A stretch of 64,000 bases of DNA from Candidatus Shapirobacteria bacterium (GTDB taxonomy: Bacteria > Patescibacteriota > Microgenomatia > UBA12405). The position numbers and the translations under genes are program-made. The stretch is from positions 56,357-120,356 of the forward strand of contig JAQWFB010000003.1 of the NCBI GenBank assembly GCA_028704635.1, in the 5' to 3' direction. The notes under the pieces are model-generated. The model was not told where the DNA came from. It did no database searches and saw nothing but the letters and a program-made list of their open reading frames with translations. Positions 18,301 through 26,973 of this stretch are shown here, one piece after another. Position 1 is the stretch's first letter. Every line of letters begins with the position of its first letter.

Positions 18301-21203
18301 ACAAATAAATCTTTATAATTTACTTGCGATTTGTTTATTGAATGCCCAATTGCTAAACTTGCCTCGAACAATGATTTCATAGCATTTACAGACCACTCGT
18401 TATTGGCGTTTTTCATCCAATCCTCTATAACTTTTTCCTTATTGGTTAAGCAATATAGAATTCCCGTCAAAAAACTTTCATAAAAAATATCCCTCCAATA
18501 GGCTCGTTCATTTGGATCGTGTTCTTTCAACACTATTGGGAAAGCGTCTCGAGCTGGTAAGATGGGGCAGTTTTTTATCGGCATACCTTTGATATGAAGG
18601 TAAATTAGCTCTAGTGAAGATAAATTTATTTTTTTATTGAGTAAACCAGACAGATCATGAGAGTTTTTTATAAAGCCGTGTCTAAGATATTCATACCAAA
18701 TTGCTTTTTCTTCATCAGATGTAAGTTTATATTGGAGAAGTTCTTCTAGTTTATTAGTTTGTCCTGTAGATAATAAAGCTGAACTATAAGTTTTAAATAA
18801 TAATGATGTTATGCCCAAATCATTAAATTGAGATATATAATCGTATATTTTTTTAACTTTATGATTTCTGTTAAAAATGATTGTCTCTAATAAAGCATTC
18901 GTGACCAAAGGAACTTCTTCATGTCGATACTCTTGATAATCAAGTCTCTCGATAAGTTCATCAATAATTGCTTTAATAATCCGATCCTTACCTACTGAAT
19001 CAGCTAAGCATGCTAATGTAGATAAAGTTTTTACTGGTAGTTCATTTATATTTATATGCTCAAACAAGTTTTGATTCTGAAAAAAAGATTCTTTCAATAT
19101 TAGCTCTGATGATTCTTCTATAAAACTTTTTGAGTTAATGTAATAATTATTAAGGTAAGAGAGTTTTAATGCTTTTGCAAAATCATTTTGTTCGAAGGCA
19201 ACTTTTGAAGCTTTTTCTAATTGAAACGATATTTGACTCGGATTTGAAGAAATACAAATTGCTTCTATAAGCCATTTTCTATCAATGTTTAGTATGGGGG
19301 TATTATTACCAAGGTCGCATTCGATTAATCTTAGTTCTGCCCACTTTAAATATTCATAAGATGATTGTTCAAGCCACTTTTTTATATTTGTCCTTAAAAC
19401 AATTTTTTGCTGTTCGAACTCAACTCGATTTTTAAGGTAGATTTCGAAACTATTATGGTAAACACTTAATTCGTCTCGATAATTAATTTTTATTAAGTGG
19501 GCTATGGAATTAAACCCACTGGTAATATCTGACGGATTAATTAAAGTGGATGAAACACACTCGATAAGTTGTTGTTCCGTAAAATGAAAATTTACAGAAC
19601 AAACTATTAATAATAGATTTTTTGCAATATCGGAAATTTTCAACCAAAGTGAGTCATAATATTTTTCAATATTCCCTGCATAAGGGATTAGATCACGGCA
19701 TGAGTATTCATTAACTACTGTGTTTCCATTAATGTTTTTTAACTGTTGAAGTGTATATCGTAGATGAAGTGGATTTCCTTTAGTAATTTCACAGACTTTA
19801 TTAACAAGCTCCTTCAACTGCTGAACATCTACTGGAAGTTTAAGAGATATTATATTCTTCTTTATCAAACTCGATATTGAAAATCTATTTAAACCATCAA
19901 TTTTAATCCAATCTTTTTCTGGACATTTTTCTGTGATTATTAAAGGCAAGTAAGGCTTTGCGACTAGTTGCATTCCAATTACTATCCAAACGCCCTTCTG
20001 AGGAAAACTGATTTCGTTTAAAAATGTTTTGAGTTCTTTATCTGCACCATATTTTAGCGGATGATCAAGACCATCAATAATGATTACGAAAGGTCTTTTA
20101 TTTTGTACTGACTTTTCTGCTATTTTTTTAATAAATTCACTTAATGGAAGACCTGGAGAGTTTATGTTTGATAATTCTTCAAGATCATCCTTGTGTATTT
20201 TGAATTGAGCTTTTATAGCATCTATTACGCGGTTAGAATTTAGCCTTTCCATTGGGTTATCATCTTCTGGAGAGATGTGATAGTGGTGCTTTATTGATAT
20301 TACCCCCAATTTATTTAACTGTTCATCTAACTTTGAAAGATAAACACTTTTCCCTGACCCTGGTTCTCCATATATGACCTTTATGCCACCATTAATATTA
20401 TTTAAATCTTTCAATATACCTTTATGAACTGTTTCATCAAAAAATTGAAAATCGGATGGAATTATAAATTTTTCATTTAATGGTTTTGGGATATCAAACT
20501 CACATTGTTTCCTGATTTCTTCGAGTCCAATATTAATTGTGTATTCGTCTTGAGCTCTATTTCGTATCCATTGAATAAAACTATCAAAGCCTGCTTTTGT
20601 AACATGTAGAGTATTGTAATAAAAATTTCTGACATCTATCCCAAACTCATCCTGACTCTTTTGAGAGAATTTGAACTTAAGTTTCTTAAAGAACTGTGTT
20701 GTCAGTTTCTGTCCACCAATTAGTTTTTCGATGGATTTATATAAAACCAGGTCACTCTTTTTTATTAACTCAATATCAATTAATTCATTTTTTAGATATT
20801 TCTTGACTTCTCTAGAAGCTCCGGCATTTGTGATAAAAAAAGCAGTATCTGTATTATTATAAAAACTCTGATTGTTTAGATCTCCTCTGAACAGGGAATA
20901 AGCCCACTTATTTAAAAGTGATTTTTTGCTTTTTGGAAGAGGCTCAATTAATTCACTCCAGGTCCATACATTATTTGGGTCTACTTTATGTTTAGTCTGA
21001 TATAATTCGTATTTCCCTGCCAAATTTGTTACAACAATATCATCTAAATAAAAGTCTTTTTGTTCATTTTTATCTGGATTAACTTCAAATTGTATGGATT
21101 GATATGCTTCTGGATTTAAAAGCCAATCACCAGCTAATTTGACTCCCCATAACTCTTGGTAATAATCTCCTTTTTTTCTAGCACTAGTAATATTTTTTTT
21201 CAT
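15327..21203 (-). CDS. Giant STAND/NACHT-type P-loop NTPase with an N-terminal Mrr-like (PD-(D/E)xK-type) domain and a C-terminal helical-repeat region; Avs-like antiviral candidate
   Basis: 1958 aa. Walker A VIYGEPGSGKS (aa 276-286). Walker B-like FVIIIDGLDH (the hhhhDGxDE pattern of NACHT/STAND). N-terminal GDYYQELWG...DFYLDDIVVTNLAGKYELYQTKHK resembles the Mrr_cat D...(Q/E)xK core. About 1300 aa of predicted alpha-helical repeats sit C-terminal. The overlapping small ORFs in the track are spurious. Confidence 0.6.
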   Translation of the reverse strand: MKKNITSARKKGDYYQELWGVKLAGDWLLNPEAYQSIQFEVNPDKNEQKDFYLDDIVVTNLAGKYELYQTKHKVDPNNVWTWSELIEPLPKSKKSLLNKWAYSLFRGDLNNQSFYNNTDTAFFITNAGASREVKKYLKNELIDIELIKKSDLVLYKSIEKLIGGQKLTTQFFKKLKFKFSQKSQDEFGIDVRNFYYNTLHVTKAGFDSFIQWIRNRAQDEYTINIGLEEIRKQCEFDIPKPLNEKFIIPSDFQFFDETVHKGILKDLNNINGGIKVIYGEPGSGKSVYLSKLDEQLNKLGVISIKHHYHISPEDDNPMERLNSNRVIDAIKAQFKIHKDDLEELSNINSPGLPLSEFIKKIAEKSVQNKRPFVIIIDGLDHPLKYGADKELKTFLNEISFPQKGVWIVIGMQLVAKPYLPLIITEKCPEKDWIKIDGLNRFSISSLIKKNIISLKLPVDVQQLKELVNKVCEITKGNPLHLRYTLQQLKNINGNTVVNEYSCRDLIPYAGNIEKYYDSLWLKISDIAKNLLLIVCSVNFHFTEQQLIECVSSTLINPSDITSGFNSIAHLIKINYRDELSVYHNSFEIYLKNRVEFEQQKIVLRTNIKKWLEQSSYEYLKWAELRLIECDLGNNTPILNIDRKWLIEAICISSNPSQISFQLEKASKVAFEQNDFAKALKLSYLNNYYINSKSFIEESSELILKESFFQNQNLFEHININELPVKTLSTLACLADSVGKDRIIKAIIDELIERLDYQEYRHEEVPLVTNALLETIIFNRNHKVKKIYDYISQFNDLGITSLLFKTYSSALLSTGQTNKLEELLQYKLTSDEEKAIWYEYLRHGFIKNSHDLSGLLNKKINLSSLELIYLHIKGMPIKNCPILPARDAFPIVLKEHDPNERAYWRDIFYESFLTGILYCLTNKEKVIEDWMKNANNEWSVNAMKSLFEASLAIGHSINKSQVNYKDLFVNLITIPELKWPEDRDSLNIQNAFHDSLNLILKDLMNIKAFFGNSLLFEIDDCKLIDKIPFLFSRKDLLDLSLDYDVAILSKNVFQKIRDEKIKGLIDSVTYFPDRSKGYAEITKLIRLYDNEKTSKPLLIDAINNLLGYGYHKDMFLFEVLEAIDFCAENGLPTEKINNWINKLIPIIEHIGEYTDGDETGYLRDELASLLAKRNRNLLFKNLYYATKNEELYHAENLFKILIESFTYSSDIEIALSSTALDKGSFTILKEQSKNNSGAKIALNNIEEYLGEINYPEEDRGNTTPYTPEIIDYSTIKPDDLKSYLESNFENKWQMSDYLKGWSKYWTDNYDKKEVYKICKELIKKYGIQNVSGELLDTIFPLAQEFDNQEAFEYLCSAQTNDHGWQKYWTDKKKAEQRWNIVKTLFPKRYLEFFKKSTEGGVPLSTGVEYFLQFDDQAVAEEITDSSILFAEELMANLALPDIEWQKDKNSIDLIDLLFQRLLWPSTITQERAATSISRLLIESKDKKDIFTRLLVWISQQKMESTIAIGLLVILKAIFLVRDISELSYISYKDIENSIKINSIVVDKLVSEIAELLKSTKSFELNYEKIEIPPINYVISKFFLGHIKTFLAPIYMIRAKEIEKATGKPFIKYWSYVSDKIVENTSTILDSNQTYFMGRSQNDDFVIGFSSKVSQVYRSAFIRVLQYFHSQKEIPNDIYLEWAYATLPVELSFWKISPKPIPSWWPQLNDGEVSQKSNIVSLSLKKPIETLCEIRDGKYLLAAEGSIKPGIDWQSTPPMHSFSLIGFGYKVTGKQLPSPEEIAKEVLYSQTITRIPTKTNNPFHFLEDQSNFILIGDEFTQLKDMFIYPLTSRNDDFCIGLWQYYRDREISLNVTPELSKNLNLKIEEDKWSYQDLNSRNIIEYSDWLGGLRERYDRDLPIHHGQHLMIDKLYLDEWLKHHNLRLGYILKSVYRVKKYSYDKVQSYYDYKLLNVSTIITP

Positions 21204-21282
21204 TCTGATTTAGTGCAATTATACTATTACTTCTAGTAAATAGAAGATAAAATACATTGTAAGATCAATATATTTTCTAAAG

Positions 21283-21789
21283 TTGGTAAAATTGATTATG
21301 GGTCAATTATTTAAATTTCGTGGTTTAGATTATAAAAATTACGAACTAAATTTTAAACAAAAACTATTCTGTGATGGGTATCTAAATTCCAAAGGTGATT
21401 CTATATCAGCAGTCGAAGGTGCAGGTTACAAAGTAAGTGATAATAGAAGATTAGCCTCGTCAATAGCCTCGGAGAACCTAACAAAACCTAACATTTGTGC
21501 ATATTTGAACTTGAAACTAAAAGAAAGTGGATTGGATGATGAATTTGTAGATAAACAACTGCTTTTTTTAGTAAATCAATATTCAGATTTGAGAGTAAAA
21601 CTATCTGCAATTGATACCTATTACAAATTAAAGGGTAGATATGCTCCTAAAAAACTAGATATAAAAGAGGAAAAGAATATTTATAAAGACATGACAGATG
21701 ATGAATTAGATCGATTAGCTTGGGGAGAAAATTATGAGCTCTATAAAAAAACTAAAGCTAAAGAACAGACACAACAACAATCTAATTAA
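21283..21789 (+). CDS. Phage terminase small subunit (Terminase_2 / P27 family)
   Basis: LNFKQKLFCDGYLNSKGDSISAVEGAGYKVSDNRRLASSIASENLTKPNICAYL matches the family consensus KQxxFCxEYLxxxNATxAAxxAGYS...ASENLTKPxI. No large terminase, portal or capsid gene nearby. Confidence 0.7.
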   Translation: MVKLIMGQLFKFRGLDYKNYELNFKQKLFCDGYLNSKGDSISAVEGAGYKVSDNRRLASSIASENLTKPNICAYLNLKLKESGLDDEFVDKQLLFLVNQYSDLRVKLSAIDTYYKLKGRYAPKKLDIKEEKNIYKDMTDDELDRLAWGENYELYKKTKAKEQTQQQSN

Positions 21790-21809
21790 TTTTGTAATTA
21801 TTTAAGAGT

Positions 21810-22514
21810 ATGGATATCAAAACCACAAAGCTAAACTGGACCAAATCAAAGAATGGAATCTTAATGGATTTTGAACTTGATGTGGTTATTCATCCTTTCA
21901 ATAACGGAAAAATAATTATTAATGTTCCTGGAGCTGATGGGTCCATTAATGGATACGAAGATAAATATATTAAGATTGCTAATTATTTAGTTGAACAAAA
22001 AATCGGAGCTGTGGTTAGGATACCCAACATTTCATCTTTAGGGTTTGGTTGGGATATTAATTTAAGAGAAACGCTTTCTTATGTCTTAGATAATGCCAAG
22101 GAAATCTGTGGTAGTAGTAAACCGGAAATATATCTAATGGGTCTTTCTGCGGGGGCTGGTGCTATTTCTATGACTGCTTGGGAATATCCTGAGGTTACAA
22201 AAATATTATTAGTAGAACCAGCTTTAATTTTTAGTGGTGAACATGGGGTTGAAGGAATTAGAGAATACAAAGGTGAAGTTACTATTGTTGTTGGCAAAGG
22301 AGATACGGCTTTAGGTAAAGAGGTTGGTGATAAATTCTTTGATTATTTTATCAATGCTAAACATAAAGAAATTATTGAGATAGAAAATTGTGACCATCGC
22401 TTTATGGGAGAAACTAATGGAAGAATTTTTAGTGAAGCTCCAATCTACGCTTTTAAAGATGGAAAGAAGATTAAGTTCCCAAATCCAAATGGCGGAATAA
22501 AATTATACGACTAA
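21810..22514 (+). CDS. Alpha/beta hydrolase (dienelactone-hydrolase-like)
   Basis: Nucleophile elbow GLSAGAG. Downstream catalytic-type Asp/His (ENCDHRF). 234 aa. Confidence 0.55.
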   Translation: MDIKTTKLNWTKSKNGILMDFELDVVIHPFNNGKIIINVPGADGSINGYEDKYIKIANYLVEQKIGAVVRIPNISSLGFGWDINLRETLSYVLDNAKEICGSSKPEIYLMGLSAGAGAISMTAWEYPEVTKILLVEPALIFSGEHGVEGIREYKGEVTIVVGKGDTALGKEVGDKFFDYFINAKHKEIIEIENCDHRFMGETNGRIFSEAPIYAFKDGKKIKFPNPNGGIKLYD

Positions 22515-23300
22515 ACTTTTTGCTTTGTCTGTAAATAAGTATTTAGGATCAACACATGTGCCAATACGAGGTAGATCTAATCTATCAGCGTCAAGGCAGG
22601 TCTGAACAGTAATGTTATTGATCAATGGGCTATCTACTTTAGTCAATTCTTCAGGTGATAGGTTATGGTTTTTAACTGCAAACTTTAAAACTTCTATTTG
22701 ATCTTTATTTAAGTATTCCGGAAAACTATTACAGAAATTAACAGCTCTTTCACCATGAGATAGGTCCTCGTATTCATTAGCTCTACAATAATCATGTAGA
22801 ACAGAAAAGAAATAAATTACCTTTTTATCAGTTCCATTTTGATCGGCAATTTGTTTTCCAAATTTATATACATTTCGCCAATGAGAGAAGCCATGTACTC
22901 CAGTAAAATCGATTTTGGTCCCGGCTCCGGCATTATCAAGAAAGGCATATGGATTTTTAAAGATGAGATTTTCTATTAAGAAAAACATCCAACAATTAAA
23001 GTAATTATGTTGTCGAACAAAGAAACCGGTATCTAGTTCATTTATTTTGTCAAAGGTCATAAATGATTCGTGAGAAATATATTTATTACCTTCTCTTATA
23101 AAGTGAATTTTAAAAACAACGGTGGGATTCAAACTTCTTAGGATATAAACCCAATCATCTTTTGTTTCGATATACCAACGCTGAGTGTCGGGATTTTGAG
23201 GTTGTTTACGAGGACAGCCTTTCTTAATTAATTCAAACTCTTCTTCATTATATTCAAACCTAGTGTGAATCGAAGTATTGGCATTATCTTCAAATTTCAT
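22503..23300 (-). CDS. HD-domain phosphohydrolase-like protein with an extra N-terminal domain
   Basis: HGFSHW...SVLHDYCR...HGERA...CLDADRLDL follows the H...HD...D pattern of the HD superfamily. Confidence 0.5.
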   Translation of the reverse strand: MKFEDNANTSIHTRFEYNEEEFELIKKGCPRKQPQNPDTQRWYIETKDDWVYILRSLNPTVVFKIHFIREGNKYISHESFMTFDKINELDTGFFVRQHNYFNCWMFFLIENLIFKNPYAFLDNAGAGTKIDFTGVHGFSHWRNVYKFGKQIADQNGTDKKVIYFFSVLHDYCRANEYEDLSHGERAVNFCNSFPEYLNKDQIEVLKFAVKNHNLSPEELTKVDSPLINNITVQTCLDADRLDLPRIGTCVDPKYLFTDKAKSLVV

Positions 23301-23311
23301 AAGAGGATAAA

Positions 23312-23554
23312 TTATTTAAAAATAGACACTAAAAATACAATGGGTAAAATTATTAATAAAGCTAAAATTATATAAAGAATAGTTTTTATTACTTTATAAG
23401 TTTTATCATAAGTCTTTTTCAGACCTTTTTCTTCTAATTTCCCTTTTAATTTAGCAACATATTTTCTTTTTATTTCAGGCAAAATAAACCAACAAACATA
23501 GAGTAATCCACCAATAATTGCAGCTTTAAGTGATCCTAATAATATTTTTTCCAT
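23312..23554 (-). CDS. Small membrane protein (2 TM), hypothetical
   Basis: 80 aa with two hydrophobic helices. Confidence 0.4.
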   Translation of the reverse strand: MEKILLGSLKAAIIGGLLYVCWFILPEIKRKYVAKLKGKLEEKGLKKTYDKTYKVIKTILYIILALLIILPIVFLVSIFK

Positions 23555-23555
23555 A

Positions 23556-23744
23556 TTATTTTTCTAAACCGTGTCCTCTTAAACACATTTTATACTGTAA
23601 CTCCAATTCTTCGGCATTACTTGGTCTATTTGAAATTTTATCTACACAAATTGATCTGATATGGCTTGGTCGGTATCCATACCAATAGAAAAGAAATGAT
23701 AAAACGATAGTGAAAACTGTTATTGTAATAATCTTCATTTTCAT
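23556..23744 (-). CDS. Small membrane protein (1 TM), hypothetical
   Basis: 62 aa with an N-terminal hydrophobic helix. 1-nt spacing to the upstream ORF. Confidence 0.35.
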   Translation of the reverse strand: MKMKIITITVFTIVLSFLFYWYGYRPSHIRSICVDKISNRPSNAEELELQYKMCLRGHGLEK

Positions 23745-23767
23745 AATTTTTTATATTAATAATCAAA

Positions 23768-23866
23768 AAGCTCCCGTCAGTGATAACTTGCGTTACCCAT
23801 ACAAGTTTCCCTGTATGACCATTGAAGGAGCTCTGACGAGAGCTTACTGCCTTCAATGGCTTTTTA
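23768..23866 (+). ncRNA. Candidate structured RNA or terminator element (nested long hairpins followed by a T-run)
   Basis: GACCATTGAAGG(agctc-tgacga-gagct)tactgCCTTCAATGGC followed by TTTTTATTT: an 11-bp perfect stem enclosing a 5-bp hairpin. Upstream GCTCCCGTCAG can pair with CTGACGAGAGC. No coding potential. Confidence 0.3.
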
Positions 23867-24027
23867 TTTACCATGCCTAAAAGTTTATCCTTCTAGGTTT
23901 AGGTAACAAATTGTACGAACAACTTTATCTTACCATATACCTAATTCATTTAAAGGAAAATGAGGGATAATATAGTTTTTATTAAAAGAGATAACCATAT
24001 GTTATATCCATATGATAGGCCAAATTC

Positions 24028-24138
24028 TTGACTTTAATATTTATTTGAAGTAATATTTATTAGAAGTCAAAGACTTTTGTAGAGTTACAGAAAAACTGAG
24101 CTCTCGAACACGTTGTGTTCGGGGGCTTTTTTTTGGTT
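24028..24138 (+). ncRNA. Candidate small RNA: sigma70-like promoter (TTGACT, 17 bp, TAATAT) followed by an intrinsic terminator about 75 nt downstream
   Basis: TTGACTttaatatttatttgaagTAATAT at 24028-24056. Terminator CGAACACgttGTGTTCGggggcTTTTTTTT at 24107-24138. No ORF in between. Confidence 0.25.
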
Positions 24139-24165
24139 CTATTCATAAAAATTAAATAAAATAAT

Positions 24166-24441
24166 ATGGAAAATATTTGTAAATATGAGTATTTGTTTGA
24201 GAGTAAAGATTTAGCTGAATCGAGTTTTTTATTGGCAAAAGGAAAAATATTAGAATCTATTGAGAGAGAAGGTTCGGTTTGTTGGTTTGTTTTTCAGGAT
24301 AAAGAAAGTTGTGAAGATTTGGTCCGAAAATTTCGCTTTGGAGACTCAACTATACAAGCAAAGAAATTCTACGAAGCTATTCAAACCCTTAAAAAATTGA
24401 TATTCCCGGGAGGTAATCGAAATGATCCAAAATATCCTTGA
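24166..24441 (+). CDS. Hypothetical protein (mobile-element cargo)
   Basis: 91-aa ORF. No recognisable motif. Confidence 0.35.
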   Translation: MENICKYEYLFESKDLAESSFLLAKGKILESIEREGSVCWFVFQDKESCEDLVRKFRFGDSTIQAKKFYEAIQTLKKLIFPGGNRNDPKYP

Positions 24442-24958
24442 GATCGAAAAAAAATTCCCAAACTGGTTTAATCAATTTTCTGATTTATCTTATGAGGATC
24501 AGAAATATATTTGGGAAAATATACCTCTAATTAAAGACTTAAAGGATAATAATTTAGAACATAATACCAATGTTAATGGTAATGATAATGGTGCCTGTAA
24601 ACAAAAAGTAAACACAAAATTAACAACGAATAAACAACAAGTAATAGAAAGTTTATTGAAGTGCAACTATAGGACACCTCCACGACTTATTGCTTCATAT
24701 TTAGAAGTATTGTTTTCAAAATTCGAGGCGAAGGAGGGTCACTGGTTATGGATAGCACAACATTACACGCCCAGATCGACAAACCAAGTTATTTTAGAAA
24801 TACTAAAGCTACATAGTTCTGGAAGGTGTAGGGTAGTTAATCCAGGAGCAATGTTTACTTTTCTAATTAAAAAGAGAAAGAAAAGAAAAGTGTTTAGAAA
24901 CACCAATGGTGTCTATAAACAACAAGGTAAAGAACAGATTGGGAGGGTAAAATGTTAA
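24422..24958 (+). CDS. Hypothetical protein (mobile-element cargo)
   Basis: 178-aa ORF overlapping its neighbours by a few nt (operon-like). Basic C-terminus KKRKKRK. Confidence 0.4.
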   Translation: MIQNILEIEKKFPNWFNQFSDLSYEDQKYIWENIPLIKDLKDNNLEHNTNVNGNDNGACKQKVNTKLTTNKQQVIESLLKCNYRTPPRLIASYLEVLFSKFEAKEGHWLWIAQHYTPRSTNQVILEILKLHSSGRCRVVNPGAMFTFLIKKRKKRKVFRNTNGVYKQQGKEQIGRVKC

Positions 24959-25140
24959 GCGATAAAGCAGTGATCGAATACATGGAAATTTATCGTCTGG
25001 AATATGGAAAAGATATAAATATTGAGGCAGCACGAAAACAAGCAACTAATCTATTGAAATTAATTAAATTAATATCCACTCCATCGACACCACTTAATGG
25101 TTTAATAATTGACAAACGAGGAAAATATGAGAATAATTAA
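24952..25140 (+). CDS. Hypothetical small protein
   Basis: 62 aa, overlapping the previous ORF by 7 nt. Confidence 0.3.
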   Translation: MLSDKAVIEYMEIYRLEYGKDINIEAARKQATNLLKLIKLISTPSTPLNGLIIDKRGKYENN

Positions 25141-25206
25141 ATTGCAACCAGGATTATCATTAGGACTTTTTAATGCCCTCATTGGACAGAGTCTTAATGA
25201 TTCTGG

Positions 25207-26973
25207 TTGCACCAATGGGGGCATTTAAGTATGGAAAACAAATATTTTATATACTGTAGAAAATCTAGTGAACAAGAAGATAGACAGGTTCTTTCTCTGG
25301 ATTCACAAGAAAAAGTTTTGGTGAATTTGGCAAAGGAAGAAAAACTGAATGTTATAGATATTTTGAGAGAATCTGGAACTGCACATTCAATGGGGAGAAA
25401 AATATTTGCAGAAATGAACTTGAGATTATTACGAGGTGAGGCTAATGGACTACTTGTCTGGGATGAATCACGAATTGCTAGAAATGCTGGTGATGGTGGA
25501 ATGATAATTAATATGTTTGATATTGGTAAATTGGTGGAAATAAAAAAACCTGGAAAAACTTATCGAAACACTCCTGATGATAAATTCTTTTTAAATTTAA
25601 TATTTTCGATGTCAAAAAAAGAATCAGATGATAAAGGAGTAAATGTAAAAAGAGGTTTAAATACAAAGGCTGAAAAAGGATGGTTACCAAGTGGAGCAAA
25701 ACCTGGATATATGAATGATAAATATGCAGAAAAGGGAAATAAAACAATAAAATCTGATCCTGAAAGATTCCCGATTATTAGAAAAGTCTGGGATCACTTT
25801 ATTTATCAAGGATACTCAATACCTAAGATTTTAAAAAAAATGAATGATGAATGGGGTTATAGATCCCCTGTTAAGAGATCTATTGGGGGTAAACCAATGT
25901 GTCGAAGTCAATTGTATTTAATCCTTCGCGATCCTTTTTATTATGGCTATTTTGAATATCCAATTGGTAGTGGAAAATGGCGTAAAGGAGCTCATAAGCC
26001 GATGATTTCTGAAGAGGAATTTAATAGAGCACAAGTAATCCTTGGTAGGAAAATGGCTCCTAAACCACATAAAACTGAATTTGCTTATACAGGTTTAATT
26101 ACTTGTAGTGAATGTGGAGCAAGAATAACAGCGGAAGAAAAGTGGCATACAGTGTGTTCTGTTTGTAAAACGAAATTTAATTCAACTCATAATAATATCT
26201 GCCCGAATTGTGGAATAAAAACTGAAGATATGGATAAACCAATTATTCGACATTACATTTATTATCACTGCACTAAAAAGAAAAATCCTAATTGTGTTCA
26301 AAAGAGTGTTGAGATAAAAGAGTTAGAAAGACAATTGGATATTTTGTTAGGTGAGGTCCAAATATCAGATAGGTTTGTAAAATGGGCGTTAAAACATTTA
26401 AATGAGCTTAATGATGAGGAAGTTGAAGATAGAAATAATATTGTTAATGCCCTTCAAAATACCTACACTAATTGTTTAAAAAAATTAGATAATTTAACAG
26501 CCTTGATGATTTCTCCTAATAATGCTGATCGATCACTGTTAAGTGATAACGAGTTTAAAGAACGGAAAACAGAAATATTAGAAGAAAAACAAAAATTAGA
26601 AAATCAGATGAATAATACCGGAAGAAGAGTGGAAGATTGGTTAAAAGAAGTTGAAGATAAGTTTGATTTTGCCACACAAGCAAGGAAAAAATTTAATGAA
26701 CCTGATATAACAATTGAAGAAAAAAGAGAGATGATGTTTAGGATAAGTTCGGACCTCAAACTTTATAACAAAAACATCGATGCTTTACTGGAAAACTTAT
26801 ATGAGCCTCTCAGGAGAATAACAAAGGGAGAACCTACAACAAAGCTAGAGTTCGAAACTAAAGAAATAAAGGAAAAATACGGTAATTTAGAGTCTTATTG
26901 GACTCAAAATCCATTAGTGCTCGGCGGAAGGGATGGGAGTCGAACCCACATGCCATTTCTGACGCAGGTTTAG
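25207..26973 (+). CDS. Large serine recombinase (resolvase/invertase N-domain, recombinase domain, Zn-ribbon)
   Basis: N-terminal YFIYCRKSSEQEDRQVLSLDSQ with catalytic Ser/Arg. ARNAGDG...PGYM recombinase domain. Cys-rich CSECGARITAEEKWHTVCSVC...CPNCG zinc ribbon. C-terminal coiled coil. The last roughly 17 codons (positions 26925-26973) overlap the tRNA-Ser gene on the opposite strand. Confidence 0.85.
   Translation: MHQWGHLSMENKYFIYCRKSSEQEDRQVLSLDSQEKVLVNLAKEEKLNVIDILRESGTAHSMGRKIFAEMNLRLLRGEANGLLVWDESRIARNAGDGGMIINMFDIGKLVEIKKPGKTYRNTPDDKFFLNLIFSMSKKESDDKGVNVKRGLNTKAEKGWLPSGAKPGYMNDKYAEKGNKTIKSDPERFPIIRKVWDHFIYQGYSIPKILKKMNDEWGYRSPVKRSIGGKPMCRSQLYLILRDPFYYGYFEYPIGSGKWRKGAHKPMISEEEFNRAQVILGRKMAPKPHKTEFAYTGLITCSECGARITAEEKWHTVCSVCKTKFNSTHNNICPNCGIKTEDMDKPIIRHYIYYHCTKKKNPNCVQKSVEIKELERQLDILLGEVQISDRFVKWALKHLNELNDEEVEDRNNIVNALQNTYTNCLKKLDNLTALMISPNNADRSLLSDNEFKERKTEILEEKQKLENQMNNTGRRVEDWLKEVEDKFDFATQARKKFNEPDITIEEKREMMFRISSDLKLYNKNIDALLENLYEPLRRITKGEPTTKLEFETKEIKEKYGNLESYWTQNPLVLGGRDGSRTHMPFLTQV

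Noticed and set aside
15836-20862. Short plus-strand ORFs inside the giant minus-strand NTPase gene (15836-16030, 15943-16161, 17603-17839, 20671-20862)
   Set aside because: Antisense shadows of a 5.9-kb ORF with strong P-loop motifs. No supporting signals.
23833-23843. CTGACGAG resembling the hammerhead ribozyme CUGAUGA core
   Set aside because: No GAAA element, no GUC cleavage triplet in context, and the helices do not form the three-way junction. More likely part of a terminator-type hairpin.
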